Shown here piece by piece: positions 18,240 through 27,915 of a stretch of DNA of 64,000 nt. Location: assembly GCA_963796445.1 (NCBI GenBank), contig CAWCLQ010000020.1:55455-119454 (forward strand), written 5' to 3'. Within the stretch, counting starts at the first letter, position 1. Each line of letters starts with the position of its first letter. The translations under genes were made by a program, and so were the position numbers. The notes under the pieces were generated by a model. It saw nothing but the letters and a program-made list of their open reading frames with translations, was not told the origin of the DNA and did no database searches. This DNA is from an uncultured Alphaproteobacteria bacterium. GTDB taxonomy: Bacteria > Pseudomonadota > Alphaproteobacteria > Rhodobacterales > Rhodobacteraceae.

Positions 18240-19580
18240 TTAATCATATTGAAATTTCTCCAACAGAATCCGGTTCGCCTCAACCCCGCGCTGCAAAAGC
18301 GTTCTTTCAACTCCTGTCATCATTGCAGGCGGACCGCACAGTACGAAAAGCCAGGTGTCAAACTGAGATGTGTCGAACACTTCGTTGATCAATGCGCCAT
18401 CAACAAAACCGCGCTTTCCGGTCCAGTCGTGCGGCGGTTCGTGCAAGACATGGATGACTTCGAGGTCACCCGCGTCTGATAAGGCGTCCAGTTCATCACG
18501 GAAAACAATCTGTTCCTCGGCGCGGTTGCCATAGATCAGAAGAGCTTTGCGCGGATCTTCACGCAATTGCATTTCGCGCAAAATACTCAGCATTGGTGCC
18601 ACGCCGACACCTCCTGCGATCAGGGCAACACCAGGTTCGGTCCTGCCCTCCAGGGTTAGTGTGCCGTGGGGGCCGTCGAGGTAGGCTTTGTCACCAACTT
18701 CGATCTGGTCCAGATGTGATGTGAAGTCGCCAAGTTCCTTAATGACAAAACTCAATGCAGCGCCTCCACTTGGGGCCGAACTGATCGAAAAAGGGTTCTC
18801 GTTCAATGAAAAAGGCGTGTGACCGATGTTGAGCCAGACGAATTGCCCTGCTTTATACTCAAGACCAGTATGCCCGTCTGGTGCTATGGTTAGTCCCCAT
18901 TGTCGAGGGGAGAGACGGTCGACCGCCGTGACGCGCCATCTGTGTGCGATTTGATACACAGGCTTTAGCACATAGACGGCGATCAGTGAAAATACGGCGA
19001 TCACGGTCATCGTGCCCCACATCCAGACCAGCATGGGGTCTGCACTGTAGCGGCCTGCTTGTAAGGCGTGATGCAAAAGCAAGCCCGCGATCAGCAATGC
19101 ACCCAACCCGTGCATAAAGCGCCATACTTCGTAGCGATACTCCAGATCGTCATGTTTCATCGATACTGCGATGAAGGCTGGGAGCAACAGAAAGGCTGCG
19201 ATGCCACTCCAAAGTGCAGAAAAATCGGTGGTGAGCGTCAGTTGACGCGTTGGATCCCAAGGGCGCGGCGGCCCCGGCAGCCATTGATACATAAAGGGAT
19301 GCAAGAGCGCGAAGACAAGAGCAGTGCGCGCAGCCAGTTGGTGAAAACGTATAGTGATGTCCAACCCGACCTCGCCCGAGATAATCCGGAAACGACCAGA
19401 CAGCACGAACTCTGACAGGATCATAGAAAAAGCCAAAAGGCCCAATCCCGATGCGATTTCATTGCGAAAGGAACGTGGTTCCATCCCCAGAAACCAAGCG
19501 AGCAAGACAGGCAGGGATACGACTGCCAAATAGAGACACACAAGACCTACAGGGCCCAGAAATACTCGACGCAATTGCAC
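18240..19580 (-). CDS. Ferric-reductase-like transmembrane domain fused to an FAD/NAD(P)-binding FNR-like module (bacterial NOX/Fre-like flavocytochrome)
   Basis: Six N-terminal TM helices with paired His (HQLAARTALVFALLHPF; HGLGALLIAGLLLHH). FAD motif PFSISS, NAD motif IAGGVGVAPMLS, CGPPAMM. The GTG start shares 1 nt with the upstream stop. Confidence 0.75.
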   Translation of the reverse strand: MQLRRVFLGPVGLVCLYLAVVSLPVLLAWFLGMEPRSFRNEIASGLGLLAFSMILSEFVLSGRFRIISGEVGLDITIRFHQLAARTALVFALLHPFMYQWLPGPPRPWDPTRQLTLTTDFSALWSGIAAFLLLPAFIAVSMKHDDLEYRYEVWRFMHGLGALLIAGLLLHHALQAGRYSADPMLVWMWGTMTVIAVFSLIAVYVLKPVYQIAHRWRVTAVDRLSPRQWGLTIAPDGHTGLEYKAGQFVWLNIGHTPFSLNENPFSISSAPSGGAALSFVIKELGDFTSHLDQIEVGDKAYLDGPHGTLTLEGRTEPGVALIAGGVGVAPMLSILREMQLREDPRKALLIYGNRAEEQIVFRDELDALSDAGDLEVIHVLHEPPHDWTGKRGFVDGALINEVFDTSQFDTWLFVLCGPPAMMTGVERTLLQRGVEANRILLEKFQYD

Positions 19581-20362
19581 TAAACTCCCTTCTCAACGGG
19601 CAGGCTTAGCATTGCCGTGCTGAGTATCTCGTCAGCGGTGGCTTGCGATTGCGCGCCAAACACCATCACTGGACAACGGGCAGCGCCTATAACCCGAGCA
19701 AGGTCACTTGCGCTGTGGACAGGCCCCTGGTCCAAGTCCAAAAGCACAACCAGACTGTTCATTCGGGCAATCGCATGCAAACAGTCGTCTAGCGTTTCAA
19801 ACCGACGGCATCTAGTGCTTTGGGCGGTCTTGGTCAGTGGCGCGACCGATAAGGCAACGCGGTCCGCTGAAAACTTGTCCGATAGTCTGTCAGCGACAGT
19901 ATCCATCGTATCACCTGAAGTGTTCTCATCCTTGAGCACGACGACTTTACCGGTTTTTGGGTGAACCCGCCGGTACCCCATCAAAAGCACATCCCACCCT
20001 TTGGCTGCACGCAAGGATGTGGCAATCAGATCGCCCCGATCTTCGGCAAAAGCCCAGCCTGCATTGGCCGTTTGGGCGGTCTTCGAAACTGCGCGCTCGA
20101 AGGCGCGCGCGTCGGCGCGCAACAGTAGTTTTATTTGCGCCACTGTCGGTGCCAATGTCCTGATACCACTTGGCAATACGACTTGTTGATGTGGCATCTG
20201 GCAGGCTGTGAACATATCTGTTTCTTCGATGAATAATCCACCAAGCCCGGAAAAAAGGGAACTTGGAAATCCTTCGATTATCCTTAGCGCCGCAGCCGCG
20301 TCGGTAAATGATCCTGCTCCGACGAGGATGCGCAGATCAAGGTGGCTCGCCGCAGCCATCAT
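19580..20362 (-). CDS. Hypothetical protein (weak Usp-like C-terminal half)
   Basis: 260 aa. ATGA overlap with the Lon-like gene stop (20359-20362). The C-terminus ...AARCPVMVFG resembles Usp-fold ends. Confidence 0.5.
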   Translation of the reverse strand: MMAAASHLDLRILVGAGSFTDAAAALRIIEGFPSSLFSGLGGLFIEETDMFTACQMPHQQVVLPSGIRTLAPTVAQIKLLLRADARAFERAVSKTAQTANAGWAFAEDRGDLIATSLRAAKGWDVLLMGYRRVHPKTGKVVVLKDENTSGDTMDTVADRLSDKFSADRVALSVAPLTKTAQSTRCRRFETLDDCLHAIARMNSLVVLLDLDQGPVHSASDLARVIGAARCPVMVFGAQSQATADEILSTAMLSLPVEKGV

Positions 20363-22827
20363 GACAGCTCTCCGTTTTGTGGCTTGGCCATCTGCATCCC
20401 AAATTGTCGACGCGTGTCCGCGAAGGCCCGCAGTTGTGCTTCAACGCGATGGTTCAGAGTATTTTTCGGGAATTGCCCGTCGCTGCCACGTTGACCGGCA
20501 GAGATACCGGTGAGCGCTTGAATACCCTGGTTAATCGTTTTGATCGGGATCACGCGAAAGGTGCCCGCAGCAACTGCTTTGACGATGTCCGGGCGCACCA
20601 TCAGGTGAGAGATATTTGCATGAGGGATCAGAACACCCTGCTTTCCTGTTAGGCCGCGGTCGGCGCAGATATCGAAAAAACCTTCAATTTTTTCGTTTAC
20701 GCCGCCTATGGCTTGCACCTCTCCGTTCTGGTTCACAGAGCCAGTCACAGCCAATCCTTGCCGTATCGGTACCCCTGAAAGCGCAGACAGCAACGCATAT
20801 AGCTCCGCCGACGAGGCACTATCGCCATCTATGCCCCCATAGCTTTGTTCGAACACAAGGCTCGCATGCAGTGACATCGGCACATCAAGCGCGTAGTGAG
20901 ATGCCAGATAGCTGCCCAGGATCAGAACACCTTTTGAGTGGAAAGGTCCACCCAAGTCGACTTCACGTTCGATATCAACCAGTTTGCCGGACCCCATCCG
21001 CACGCGGGCCGTGATGCGGGACGGCCGCCCGAAACGGGTTTTTCCGTACCCCAGAACCGCTAACCCGTTGATCTGCCCGACAGCATGACCATCTGTATCA
21101 ATCAGAACGGTTTTGCGCGAAATAGCTTCCTGCATCCGTTCTTTGATCCGGGATGCGCGGTGCTCGGCTTGGCTGATGGCCTGCTCGATATGATCGGCCG
21201 AAATCCGGTCGCTCTTTTGGCCCGCCGCATAAAAGTCCGCCTCACGCATAACGTCGGCAAGCGCCCCCAGTTCCAGCGTGAATTTTTTGGAATCGTCAGC
21301 AAGTCTTACGCCATGGTCCAGCAATCGGGCCATCGCGACCGCGCTCATCGGGCGAAGGTCGTAATTGCCAGCACAATCCGCCACGATCCGCGCGAGGGCC
21401 CGCATGTTCCTGGCTGAGCGTGGGAGATCGTCTTCAAAGTCAGCCTGAATTTTGAAAAGCTGACCGAACTCCGGATCAAGAAGCTCTAACAGCATGCAAA
21501 GCCTTCGGTTGCCGATCAGAATGATCCGCACGTCGAGCGGAATAGGATCGGGCTCGAGCGTCACTGTCGAGGATAAGCTAAGGCGTTCGGCTAAAGACGT
21601 GATCGATATCTGACCGCTCTGCAAACAGCGTTTCAGCGCATCCCAAGCGTATGGCTCGGACAATATCCTGCGGGCATCCAGTATCAGGTACCCGCCATTC
21701 GCACGATGCAAGGCGCCCGGTTTGACCAGGCTGAAGTTGGTCGAAAGCGTCCCCATCTCTGACACATGATCGATCCGGCCGGTCAGATGGTCAAGCGAGG
21801 GCAAATCTTCCGTAATAACGGGCGCACAGGACGGCGTTGCATCGTGGGACACCATGATGTTCACCGCATATCTGTCGAAACGGGCGTCCTGATGGTATTT
21901 GCGGATCACGTCTGGAAAAGGGCCGTCGTTCCTGTCTTCCGCGGGCATCAGAAACAGCTCAGCATTCGAGATCATATCGACACGAACAAGGTCCAGATAT
22001 TCAAGGACACGCCTGTTTTCGTCAAAGTCCTTTTCGATCTCGCGTACCCTTGCCGATACTGCGCGCTCTGCCATCGCTGCGTGGAGGGTTTCAACCCTTT
22101 GCCTGTGCTCTTTCTCTAATTCGGGGCCCTGTTTAAGGATGTCTGACAATTTATTCTGGAGTATCTCTATCTTGGCGTCTATTTCCTCCTGCTGCTCAGG
22201 TGACAGTGCCTCATATGTTTCGGGCTTGATAGGCTTGCCGTCTACAATCGCCGATAGCATGAAGCCCATGGGGGTGCGCAGCAAAGCGACTTCTGCCGCT
22301 GCGGCCTGTTCAGAAAACTCGGCGATCGGTTCTTCGTGCCTTTGGCCGAATTCTTCTTCGATTGCACGACGTTGCGTCTGGTATTCCTCGGACTCAAAAA
22401 GAGCGGGTATTTCGTTGGCCAAGTCGTCAACCAAGCGCTGCATCGCCTGTTTCAAGACTGCTGCAGTGCCGGGGCGCATTTTTATGGCATGTGGCTGGTG
22501 GGGCGCGTCAAAATTGTTGACGTAAATCCAGTCACACGGCACTGGCCGCTGCTTTGCGGCTTGTGAAAGCAGACGCGCAACAGCAGTGTGGCGCCCCGTT
22601 CCTTCGCGGCCCAGAACATACAAGTTGAAGTCTTTCTGAGTGGTTCCGGCCGAGAGTTTGATGGCGTCGATTGCACGGTCCTGACCCACAAAACCACGCA
22701 ACGGCTTGAGCTGCTCGGTTGTCTCGAACCCCAGTTGCGCAGGATCACAGGTCAGACGTAGTTTTTGGGCGGGCAGGCCTTTTGGCAAGGCCGCTTTTTG
22801 AGGGCTCTCACGCGGCATGGAATGCAT
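20359..22827 (-). CDS. Lon-related ATP-dependent protease (LonB/COG1067-like)
   Basis: 822 aa. N-terminal AAA-like region (LYVLGREGTGRHTAV). C-terminal Lon protease domain with catalytic Ser context GGIDGDSASSAELYALLSAL and Lys context GVNEKIEGFF. Confidence 0.8.
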   Translation of the reverse strand: MHSMPRESPQKAALPKGLPAQKLRLTCDPAQLGFETTEQLKPLRGFVGQDRAIDAIKLSAGTTQKDFNLYVLGREGTGRHTAVARLLSQAAKQRPVPCDWIYVNNFDAPHQPHAIKMRPGTAAVLKQAMQRLVDDLANEIPALFESEEYQTQRRAIEEEFGQRHEEPIAEFSEQAAAAEVALLRTPMGFMLSAIVDGKPIKPETYEALSPEQQEEIDAKIEILQNKLSDILKQGPELEKEHRQRVETLHAAMAERAVSARVREIEKDFDENRRVLEYLDLVRVDMISNAELFLMPAEDRNDGPFPDVIRKYHQDARFDRYAVNIMVSHDATPSCAPVITEDLPSLDHLTGRIDHVSEMGTLSTNFSLVKPGALHRANGGYLILDARRILSEPYAWDALKRCLQSGQISITSLAERLSLSSTVTLEPDPIPLDVRIILIGNRRLCMLLELLDPEFGQLFKIQADFEDDLPRSARNMRALARIVADCAGNYDLRPMSAVAMARLLDHGVRLADDSKKFTLELGALADVMREADFYAAGQKSDRISADHIEQAISQAEHRASRIKERMQEAISRKTVLIDTDGHAVGQINGLAVLGYGKTRFGRPSRITARVRMGSGKLVDIEREVDLGGPFHSKGVLILGSYLASHYALDVPMSLHASLVFEQSYGGIDGDSASSAELYALLSALSGVPIRQGLAVTGSVNQNGEVQAIGGVNEKIEGFFDICADRGLTGKQGVLIPHANISHLMVRPDIVKAVAAGTFRVIPIKTINQGIQALTGISAGQRGSDGQFPKNTLNHRVEAQLRAFADTRRQFGMQMAKPQNGELS

Positions 22828-22874
22828 CCAATTATTGTTCCTGCCTGAGTTTGGCAGGCTTGGGTCGGATGCGA

Positions 22875-22888
22875 TTGATACGTGTCAA
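22875..22888. promoter_or_regulatory. FNR/FixK-like box TTGATACGTGTCAA (1 mismatch)
   Basis: Centred about 55 nt upstream of both divergent starts (22827 minus, 22937 plus). Confidence 0.45.
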
Positions 22889-22936
22889 TCGGGCGGAAAA
22901 GCACCCGGTTAGTCTAATCTGACAAAGGAGAAACAA

Positions 22937-23671
22937 ATGTGCTGGAGCGCTGAGGCATCGGTTGCGATGACCGGACTTGGGGTGGTTGCAACTGTAATCA
23001 CATACCGTCGCGGTGCAGCGCCCGCCATCTGGTGCACGCTGGGGTTCTTTTCTCTGATGGAGGCACTTCAGGTTTGGGGATACGCAACTTTGGATCAGTG
23101 CGGCACCACATCTAACCGCACCGTCACGATCCTGTCTTACTTACACATCGCTATACAGCCGTTCTTTATAAATGCCTTTGCGATGGAACTGGTACCAGCG
23201 GCTGTGAAACGCCGTGTTCAACGTGGGGTTTACGGCGCATGCGCGGTTTCAACGCTCGTCATGTTGGCACAGATCGCCCCGGTTGCAGCGTTTGGAGCGT
23301 GTTTGCCGGGCAGCCCGCTCTGTGCCAACGCCTGGTGCACAGTAGCGGGCGACTGGCACATCGCTTGGGATGTCCCTTACAATGGGTTCATGGTACCGTT
23401 TGAACGCTTTTTTGGGGTTGTTTCAGGCTTTCCTACCTACATGATTGCCGCGTTCCTTCTCCCTTTGGCCTACGGCGCGTGGCGGTTTGTTTTAATGCAT
23501 GCATTGGCAGGGCCGGTTCTGGCTGCAAATCTGACAAGCAATCCTAACGAGATGCCTGCGATCTGGTGCCTCTTTTCCATCGCAATTTTGTTGATCGCAC
23601 TTAGCGAGCCGGTGAAACAAGGGGTTACGGCTAAGGGCTGGTGGGGGCGACCAGTTTCTGACACCGCCTGA
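22937..23671 (+). CDS. Integral membrane protein, unknown family
   Basis: 244 aa with about seven hydrophobic helices. AAAGGAG Shine-Dalgarno upstream. Confidence 0.55.
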   Translation: MCWSAEASVAMTGLGVVATVITYRRGAAPAIWCTLGFFSLMEALQVWGYATLDQCGTTSNRTVTILSYLHIAIQPFFINAFAMELVPAAVKRRVQRGVYGACAVSTLVMLAQIAPVAAFGACLPGSPLCANAWCTVAGDWHIAWDVPYNGFMVPFERFFGVVSGFPTYMIAAFLLPLAYGAWRFVLMHALAGPVLAANLTSNPNEMPAIWCLFSIAILLIALSEPVKQGVTAKGWWGRPVSDTA

Positions 23672-23865
23672 AATGCGAAGGTTTTGTTCGCAATGCAGGC
23701 CGCCATAAAACTTGCGCGTGTCTGCTGCGGTCACATCAGCAGATATCCCGCTGAAAAGTTGTGCAAGGCCCGAAGCGTGCAAAATGTAAGTGTGGTGATT
23801 GATGCGCGTCAATCCTTCTGCCCAAGAATGCCGCACCTTGGCGCAAAGTCAGGAAAGGACAAAAA

Positions 23866-24075
23866 ATGAAAAAGCATACAACAGACACATCTCCGAACAA
23901 AACGCCGGACGAAGTGCCAAAGCCCGCTGATCCAAAACCCGAGCCGCCCACGCCAGAGTCCCCGCAGCCGGCAGACCCTGCAGTGCCGCCTGACAGTCCT
24001 GAGGTTCCCGAACCTTCAACTCCGGTGGAAGACCCTGCATCTGACCCGTTTGATAACGGGAGTTTCCCTGTTTAG
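23866..24075 (+). CDS. Small Pro/Asp/Glu-rich protein (speculative)
   Basis: 69 aa, PxP-rich low complexity, weak Shine-Dalgarno (AAGGA). Confidence 0.3.
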   Translation: MKKHTTDTSPNKTPDEVPKPADPKPEPPTPESPQPADPAVPPDSPEVPEPSTPVEDPASDPFDNGSFPV

Positions 24076-24115
24076 CGTATCGGGCCACAGGGAAAAACGC
24101 CGCTTCGCATTGCCC

Positions 24116-24961
24116 CTAATGTGCTAGGAAAACGGGCAGGTCGGTTTGCTCCATCATCGAGCGCGTGGTGCCGCCCAAAACTGTCTGGACCACTCTTGCA
24201 CGGCCATAGGCGCCCATCACGACCAATTCGGCGCCGACTTCCCGCGCGTGGTCAATGATGCATTCAGAAACCGGGCGGCCGCCGCTGGGGAACTGTGACA
24301 CCGTCACGCGACATCCATGGTGGCTTAGCCAATTTGCGACATCGGTACCCGGGTCTTGGCCATCCCGATCCGCGTGCATGACCGGATCAATGCAGCCTAT
24401 GACAACTTCTGCAGCCGCTGTCAGATATGGAAGCGCCGCATGCACAGCAGCCGAGGCCGCTTCGCTACTGTCCCATGCTACAAAAACACAGGCGGGCGTC
24501 TTGTCTGCTGCAAAGTTGATCTGAAAGCCGATTGGCGAATGAAACAGAATGCCGGATGCGGCCTCGCGCAAGAACTCCGGCGCATCCCTTAGACTGTCTG
24601 CCAGAATTGCTTCATCGCTGACACGCGCGCATTGCGCGACATAGTGCTTGGCATCCATTGTTGCCGTCAGTGTCGCCAGCACCTGACCGGACGCATTGCT
24701 CTTGGCGAGAAACTTCTCGACCTCATCTACACGGGCGTTCTGCCGACGTTCAGCCTCTCTGACGATCTCCACCCAATCTTCGGGGATACTAACCGACCCA
24801 TAGGGCGGCACGCCATAAGCATAAGTCGGCAGCGGCGGTCCCGCGTCAACAAGCAGGCAAAGCAGATGGTCATTCTGCTTTGCCGCCCTCTCTACGATAC
24901 CAGAGATCTCTTGGTCAGATGTTTGCGTGTTCATCACGTAAAGGATTGTTCGGCTGTTCAT
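24116..24961 (-). CDS. Tandem universal stress protein (UspA family)
   Basis: 281 aa with two Usp halves. C-terminal GAELVVMGAYGRARVVQTVLGGTTRSMMEQTDLPVFLAH. Confidence 0.8.
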   Translation of the reverse strand: MNSRTILYVMNTQTSDQEISGIVERAAKQNDHLLCLLVDAGPPLPTYAYGVPPYGSVSIPEDWVEIVREAERRQNARVDEVEKFLAKSNASGQVLATLTATMDAKHYVAQCARVSDEAILADSLRDAPEFLREAASGILFHSPIGFQINFAADKTPACVFVAWDSSEAASAAVHAALPYLTAAAEVVIGCIDPVMHADRDGQDPGTDVANWLSHHGCRVTVSQFPSGGRPVSECIIDHAREVGAELVVMGAYGRARVVQTVLGGTTRSMMEQTDLPVFLAH

Positions 24962-25041
24962 GGTGGTCTCCGTTCTTCGGGGCGCCCGGCTTTTAACCGG
25001 GGCGGTTCAAGGGAAAATTGCACAGTAACTGATAGGACTGA

Positions 25042-25055
25042 CTGATAAAGATCAA
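25042..25055. promoter_or_regulatory. FNR/FixK-like box CTGATAAAGATCAA (1 mismatch)
   Basis: 81-94 nt upstream of the usp start at 24961. Confidence 0.4.
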
Positions 25056-25202
25056 CGACGCACCGGCCGAGCCGTTGCTACTTTGACGAAAAACGGCTTG
25101 CGAATGGCAGGCGTCGGGCCAAAGATTTCCGGGGTTCTACAAAAATTGTTCTGACCTGAAATCGGTCTCACATGCGGCGCGCATCCCGACCCACGTCTCA
25201 AA

Positions 25203-26042
25203 CTACGTGCTGAACAAAACCGGTATCTTTTGGTTCCGTAGCAGACCATAGCTGGTTGCCCCGATGAAAAGATCGTATGTCTTCGAGTGCCCGAAGGCAC
25301 CGGTTACAATCAAATCAGCCCCTTTTTCGAAGGCGACGCTGTCCAGTACTTCTGACACGCTTTGGCCAGCAGTATTCCTGTGCTCCAGCGTGGGCTTAAC
25401 CCCGTGACGGGCAAACATTTCGGTCATATCGATGGCGGTTGTGTCTTTTGTAGCCTCTCTTGCAGTATTCCCAACGCGCAAGACCGTAAGCTGTGCGCCG
25501 GCATCAGCAACGCCTAACAGGTCATGCGCTGCACGCGCGGCTTCTCTGGTGTCGCTCCATCCCAAAACAATGTTCTGGCCGATCTCGGGGCCGTCATAGT
25601 CCAGCGGCACCACGATCACGGGTCGGCCACTTTCACGTATGACATGCGTTTGTGCATGGCGTTGGTCGTACCGGTCACTATCTGTATCCTCATGCGCCAT
25701 AATAACCAGATCTGCCGCGCGGGCACTTTCAATCATGCGCTCTGATGCGGTCTCGGATTCTGCACGGACCAGCCGGAATTCACTGATGAAGTCTTCGTTT
25801 TTGGTGTATTGAGAGAACACCTTTTTGATCGCTGCCGCCTCTTCTTTTTGACTCTGGTTGAAAGCGGCGAAGGCACTGTCAGGCACATGCATCGCGATCC
25901 CGGGGTAGACTACAAGCGCTTCAATGGTGTGCAGCCCTGTGAGATGCGCGCCGTGTTTTCGCGCCAAGGGAACCGCCACTTTCATCAAGGTTTCCGCGTG
26001 GTCCGGTGTGGTCAGACAGATCAGAATTGTTTTCGGGCTCAT
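25203..26042 (-). CDS. Tandem universal stress protein (UspA family)
   Basis: 279 aa. GADLIVTGAFGHSKTYDLFIGATSYGLLRNQKIPVLFS. Confidence 0.8.
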   Translation of the reverse strand: MSPKTILICLTTPDHAETLMKVAVPLARKHGAHLTGLHTIEALVVYPGIAMHVPDSAFAAFNQSQKEEAAAIKKVFSQYTKNEDFISEFRLVRAESETASERMIESARAADLVIMAHEDTDSDRYDQRHAQTHVIRESGRPVIVVPLDYDGPEIGQNIVLGWSDTREAARAAHDLLGVADAGAQLTVLRVGNTAREATKDTTAIDMTEMFARHGVKPTLEHRNTAGQSVSEVLDSVAFEKGADLIVTGAFGHSKTYDLFIGATSYGLLRNQKIPVLFST

Positions 26043-26143
26043 TTTGTAGGTCCTTCCTCTCGTGGGTCACAACCAGTTTCTTTTTCAAATGAAGCACACC
26101 TGTCTGTGCCACTTGTGACTTAGCAAACCACGCAGTTTTCCAA

Positions 26144-26157
26144 TTGATTTCCGTCAA
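26144..26157. promoter_or_regulatory. FNR/FixK-like box TTGATTTCCGTCAA (1 mismatch)
   Basis: In the divergent intergenic region between usp (start 26042) and the 26218 gene. Confidence 0.45.
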
Positions 26158-26217
26158 TCAACTCGCCTGCTTCCGACTTAGACTGTTCCGGCGCAAGCTG
26201 CAGAAAGGAGCGTCCGG

Positions 26218-27399
26218 ATGCACAAGATCATAAAAGCAATGGCCTTTGCTTTCACTTTTGGATGCTGTGGTACGGCGTTTGCCGATAGCGCGTCTTTATT
26301 GCATGGCGGCGATACTTTTGTGGCAGGTGCCCAGGTGAGCGAGACAGTTCACTCAGGCGGTGACGCATTCTTGGCGGGCCGCACCGTGGATGCACGCGGC
26401 TCTACTGGCGGTGATCTGCACGTGTCGGGCTTTGATATATCGATCAGTGCCGATGCTAAGGGTGATCTTTACGCCGCCGGTGCGACAGTCATCATGCGCG
26501 GCACTGTTGCGGAAGACCTGACAGCGGTTGGTTTTTCGCTGCGGACCGAAAAGGGCGCTGAAACACGCGGCAACGCGCGGCTTTTTGGCAACTCCATAAT
26601 CATCGAGGGGCCCGTCGAAGGTGCGCTTATAGCGACCGGCCGCGACGTGATCCTGAACGCCACAGTTATAGGGGATGCGCGCATTCTGGCGCAGTCGCTT
26701 ACGTTTGGCCCTAATGCGCAGATTAATGGTACGTTCACCTATTCCGCGGCGGAAAAGTTGGCGGTTCCCGACCGTGTCGCCCCCGCTGACCGTGTTGTGT
26801 TCCAAGCTCTTTCAGGCCGTGAGGTTTGGGGTGAATGGGACAGGATCGGTAAGGAAATGCCTGCTCTGCCGACATTCGCGTCACTGTTTTTCAGCTTTGT
26901 TATTTCGCTTTTGTTTTTTGTGGTTCTGGGCGCTGTAATTTTGGGTTTCATGCCCAAACGTCTTGCACGATTGCGCCACAGCATTGCCGATGCGCCGGGG
27001 CAGACAATACTTTTGGGAGTAATTGGTCTTTCGATGCTGTTCGGGATGGTGCCGATTACCGCTCTTACAATCGTGGGCATACCATTCGTTCCCGTTGTGG
27101 TGCTCTCAATTATTGTTTTCTGGACCCTTGGATACGCGTTGGGGGCATACGGGGTGGCTATGCGGGTCTGGTCCGCTTTTTGCGGCGAAGATGATCCCGG
27201 CAACGCCGCGCGGTTGCTGGTTTTTGCGGCAGCTCTCATCTTTATCGGGCTGTTGAACTTCATTCCTTTTGTTGGATGGGTCGCCAACTTCACGTTGGTT
27301 CTGCTGGGTGTCGGCGCAATCAGCCGTGGGCTTTTCCAGTGGATTGCCGGCAATCCTAGTGTTGCCCTCGATATGGATATGAAACCAATTAAAGACTGA
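26218..27399 (+). CDS. Secreted/membrane protein with N-terminal beta-helical (bactofilin-like) repeats and C-terminal TM helices
   Basis: Signal-like N-terminus (AFAFTFGCCGTAFA). Repeated GGDxFxAGxxV / GDLxxxG units, then four to five hydrophobic helices. Confidence 0.5.
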   Translation: MHKIIKAMAFAFTFGCCGTAFADSASLLHGGDTFVAGAQVSETVHSGGDAFLAGRTVDARGSTGGDLHVSGFDISISADAKGDLYAAGATVIMRGTVAEDLTAVGFSLRTEKGAETRGNARLFGNSIIIEGPVEGALIATGRDVILNATVIGDARILAQSLTFGPNAQINGTFTYSAAEKLAVPDRVAPADRVVFQALSGREVWGEWDRIGKEMPALPTFASLFFSFVISLLFFVVLGAVILGFMPKRLARLRHSIADAPGQTILLGVIGLSMLFGMVPITALTIVGIPFVPVVVLSIIVFWTLGYALGAYGVAMRVWSAFCGEDDPGNAARLLVFAAALIFIGLLNFIPFVGWVANFTLVLLGVGAISRGLFQWIAGNPSVALDMDMKPIKD

Positions 27400-27401
27400 G
27401 C

Positions 27402-27851
27402 GTGGAAAGGAAAATCAAAGTGGGATCTGAAGGTTTGGACGTGATCGAGCATAGTGTGCATCTGGCACATGACTGGGTAAATGAACTGACAGGACGGCTG
27501 GACTGGTCGTCAAAACGCAGCGCGTTGCGGCTGATGAGAGTTACCATGCATCACATACGCGACCATTTGCCCGTCGACGAATTGGCACAGTTTTCGGCAC
27601 AATTGCCGGTGCTTGTGCGCGGTTTCTTCTTCGAGGGCTGGGTGCCCAAACGCACTCCAATCAAAGAGCGTCATGAATATGAATTTATCGCCTACATTGA
27701 TGAACAAATGGCGGACACGGAAGAATATCGTGGGCGCGAAGATATCAAATGCGTGTTCGATTTACTGAATGCGCGACTGAGCCGAGGCGAGATTGAAGAC
27801 GTGCGTGCCTGCTTGCCCGCAGACCTTCGCGACATTTGGACCGCACCATGA
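27402..27851 (+). CDS. DUF2267 domain protein
   Basis: GLDVIEHSVHLAHDWVNELTGRL...LRVTMHHIRDHLPVDELAQFSAQLPVLVRGFFFEGW matches the DUF2267 pattern. The start is a GTG at 27402 or 27420, 2 nt after the upstream stop. Confidence 0.65.
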   Translation: MERKIKVGSEGLDVIEHSVHLAHDWVNELTGRLDWSSKRSALRLMRVTMHHIRDHLPVDELAQFSAQLPVLVRGFFFEGWVPKRTPIKERHEYEFIAYIDEQMADTEEYRGREDIKCVFDLLNARLSRGEIEDVRACLPADLRDIWTAP

Positions 27852-27861
27852 CCCATAAGAA

Positions 27862-27888
27862 AAGGCCGCGCGATCCACGCGCGGCCTT
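27862..27888. terminator. GC-rich hairpin between convergent genes (bidirectional terminator candidate)
   Basis: AAGGCCGCGCG-ATCCA-CGCGCGGCCTT. Confidence 0.55.
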
Positions 27889-27915
27889 ACGATGTTAGTT
27901 ACAAGTTCCTAAGGG

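Noticed and set aside
26739-27470. 243-aa minus ORF
   Set aside because: It is antisense to the better-supported membrane protein gene (26218-27399) and the DUF2267 start, and it has no motifs.
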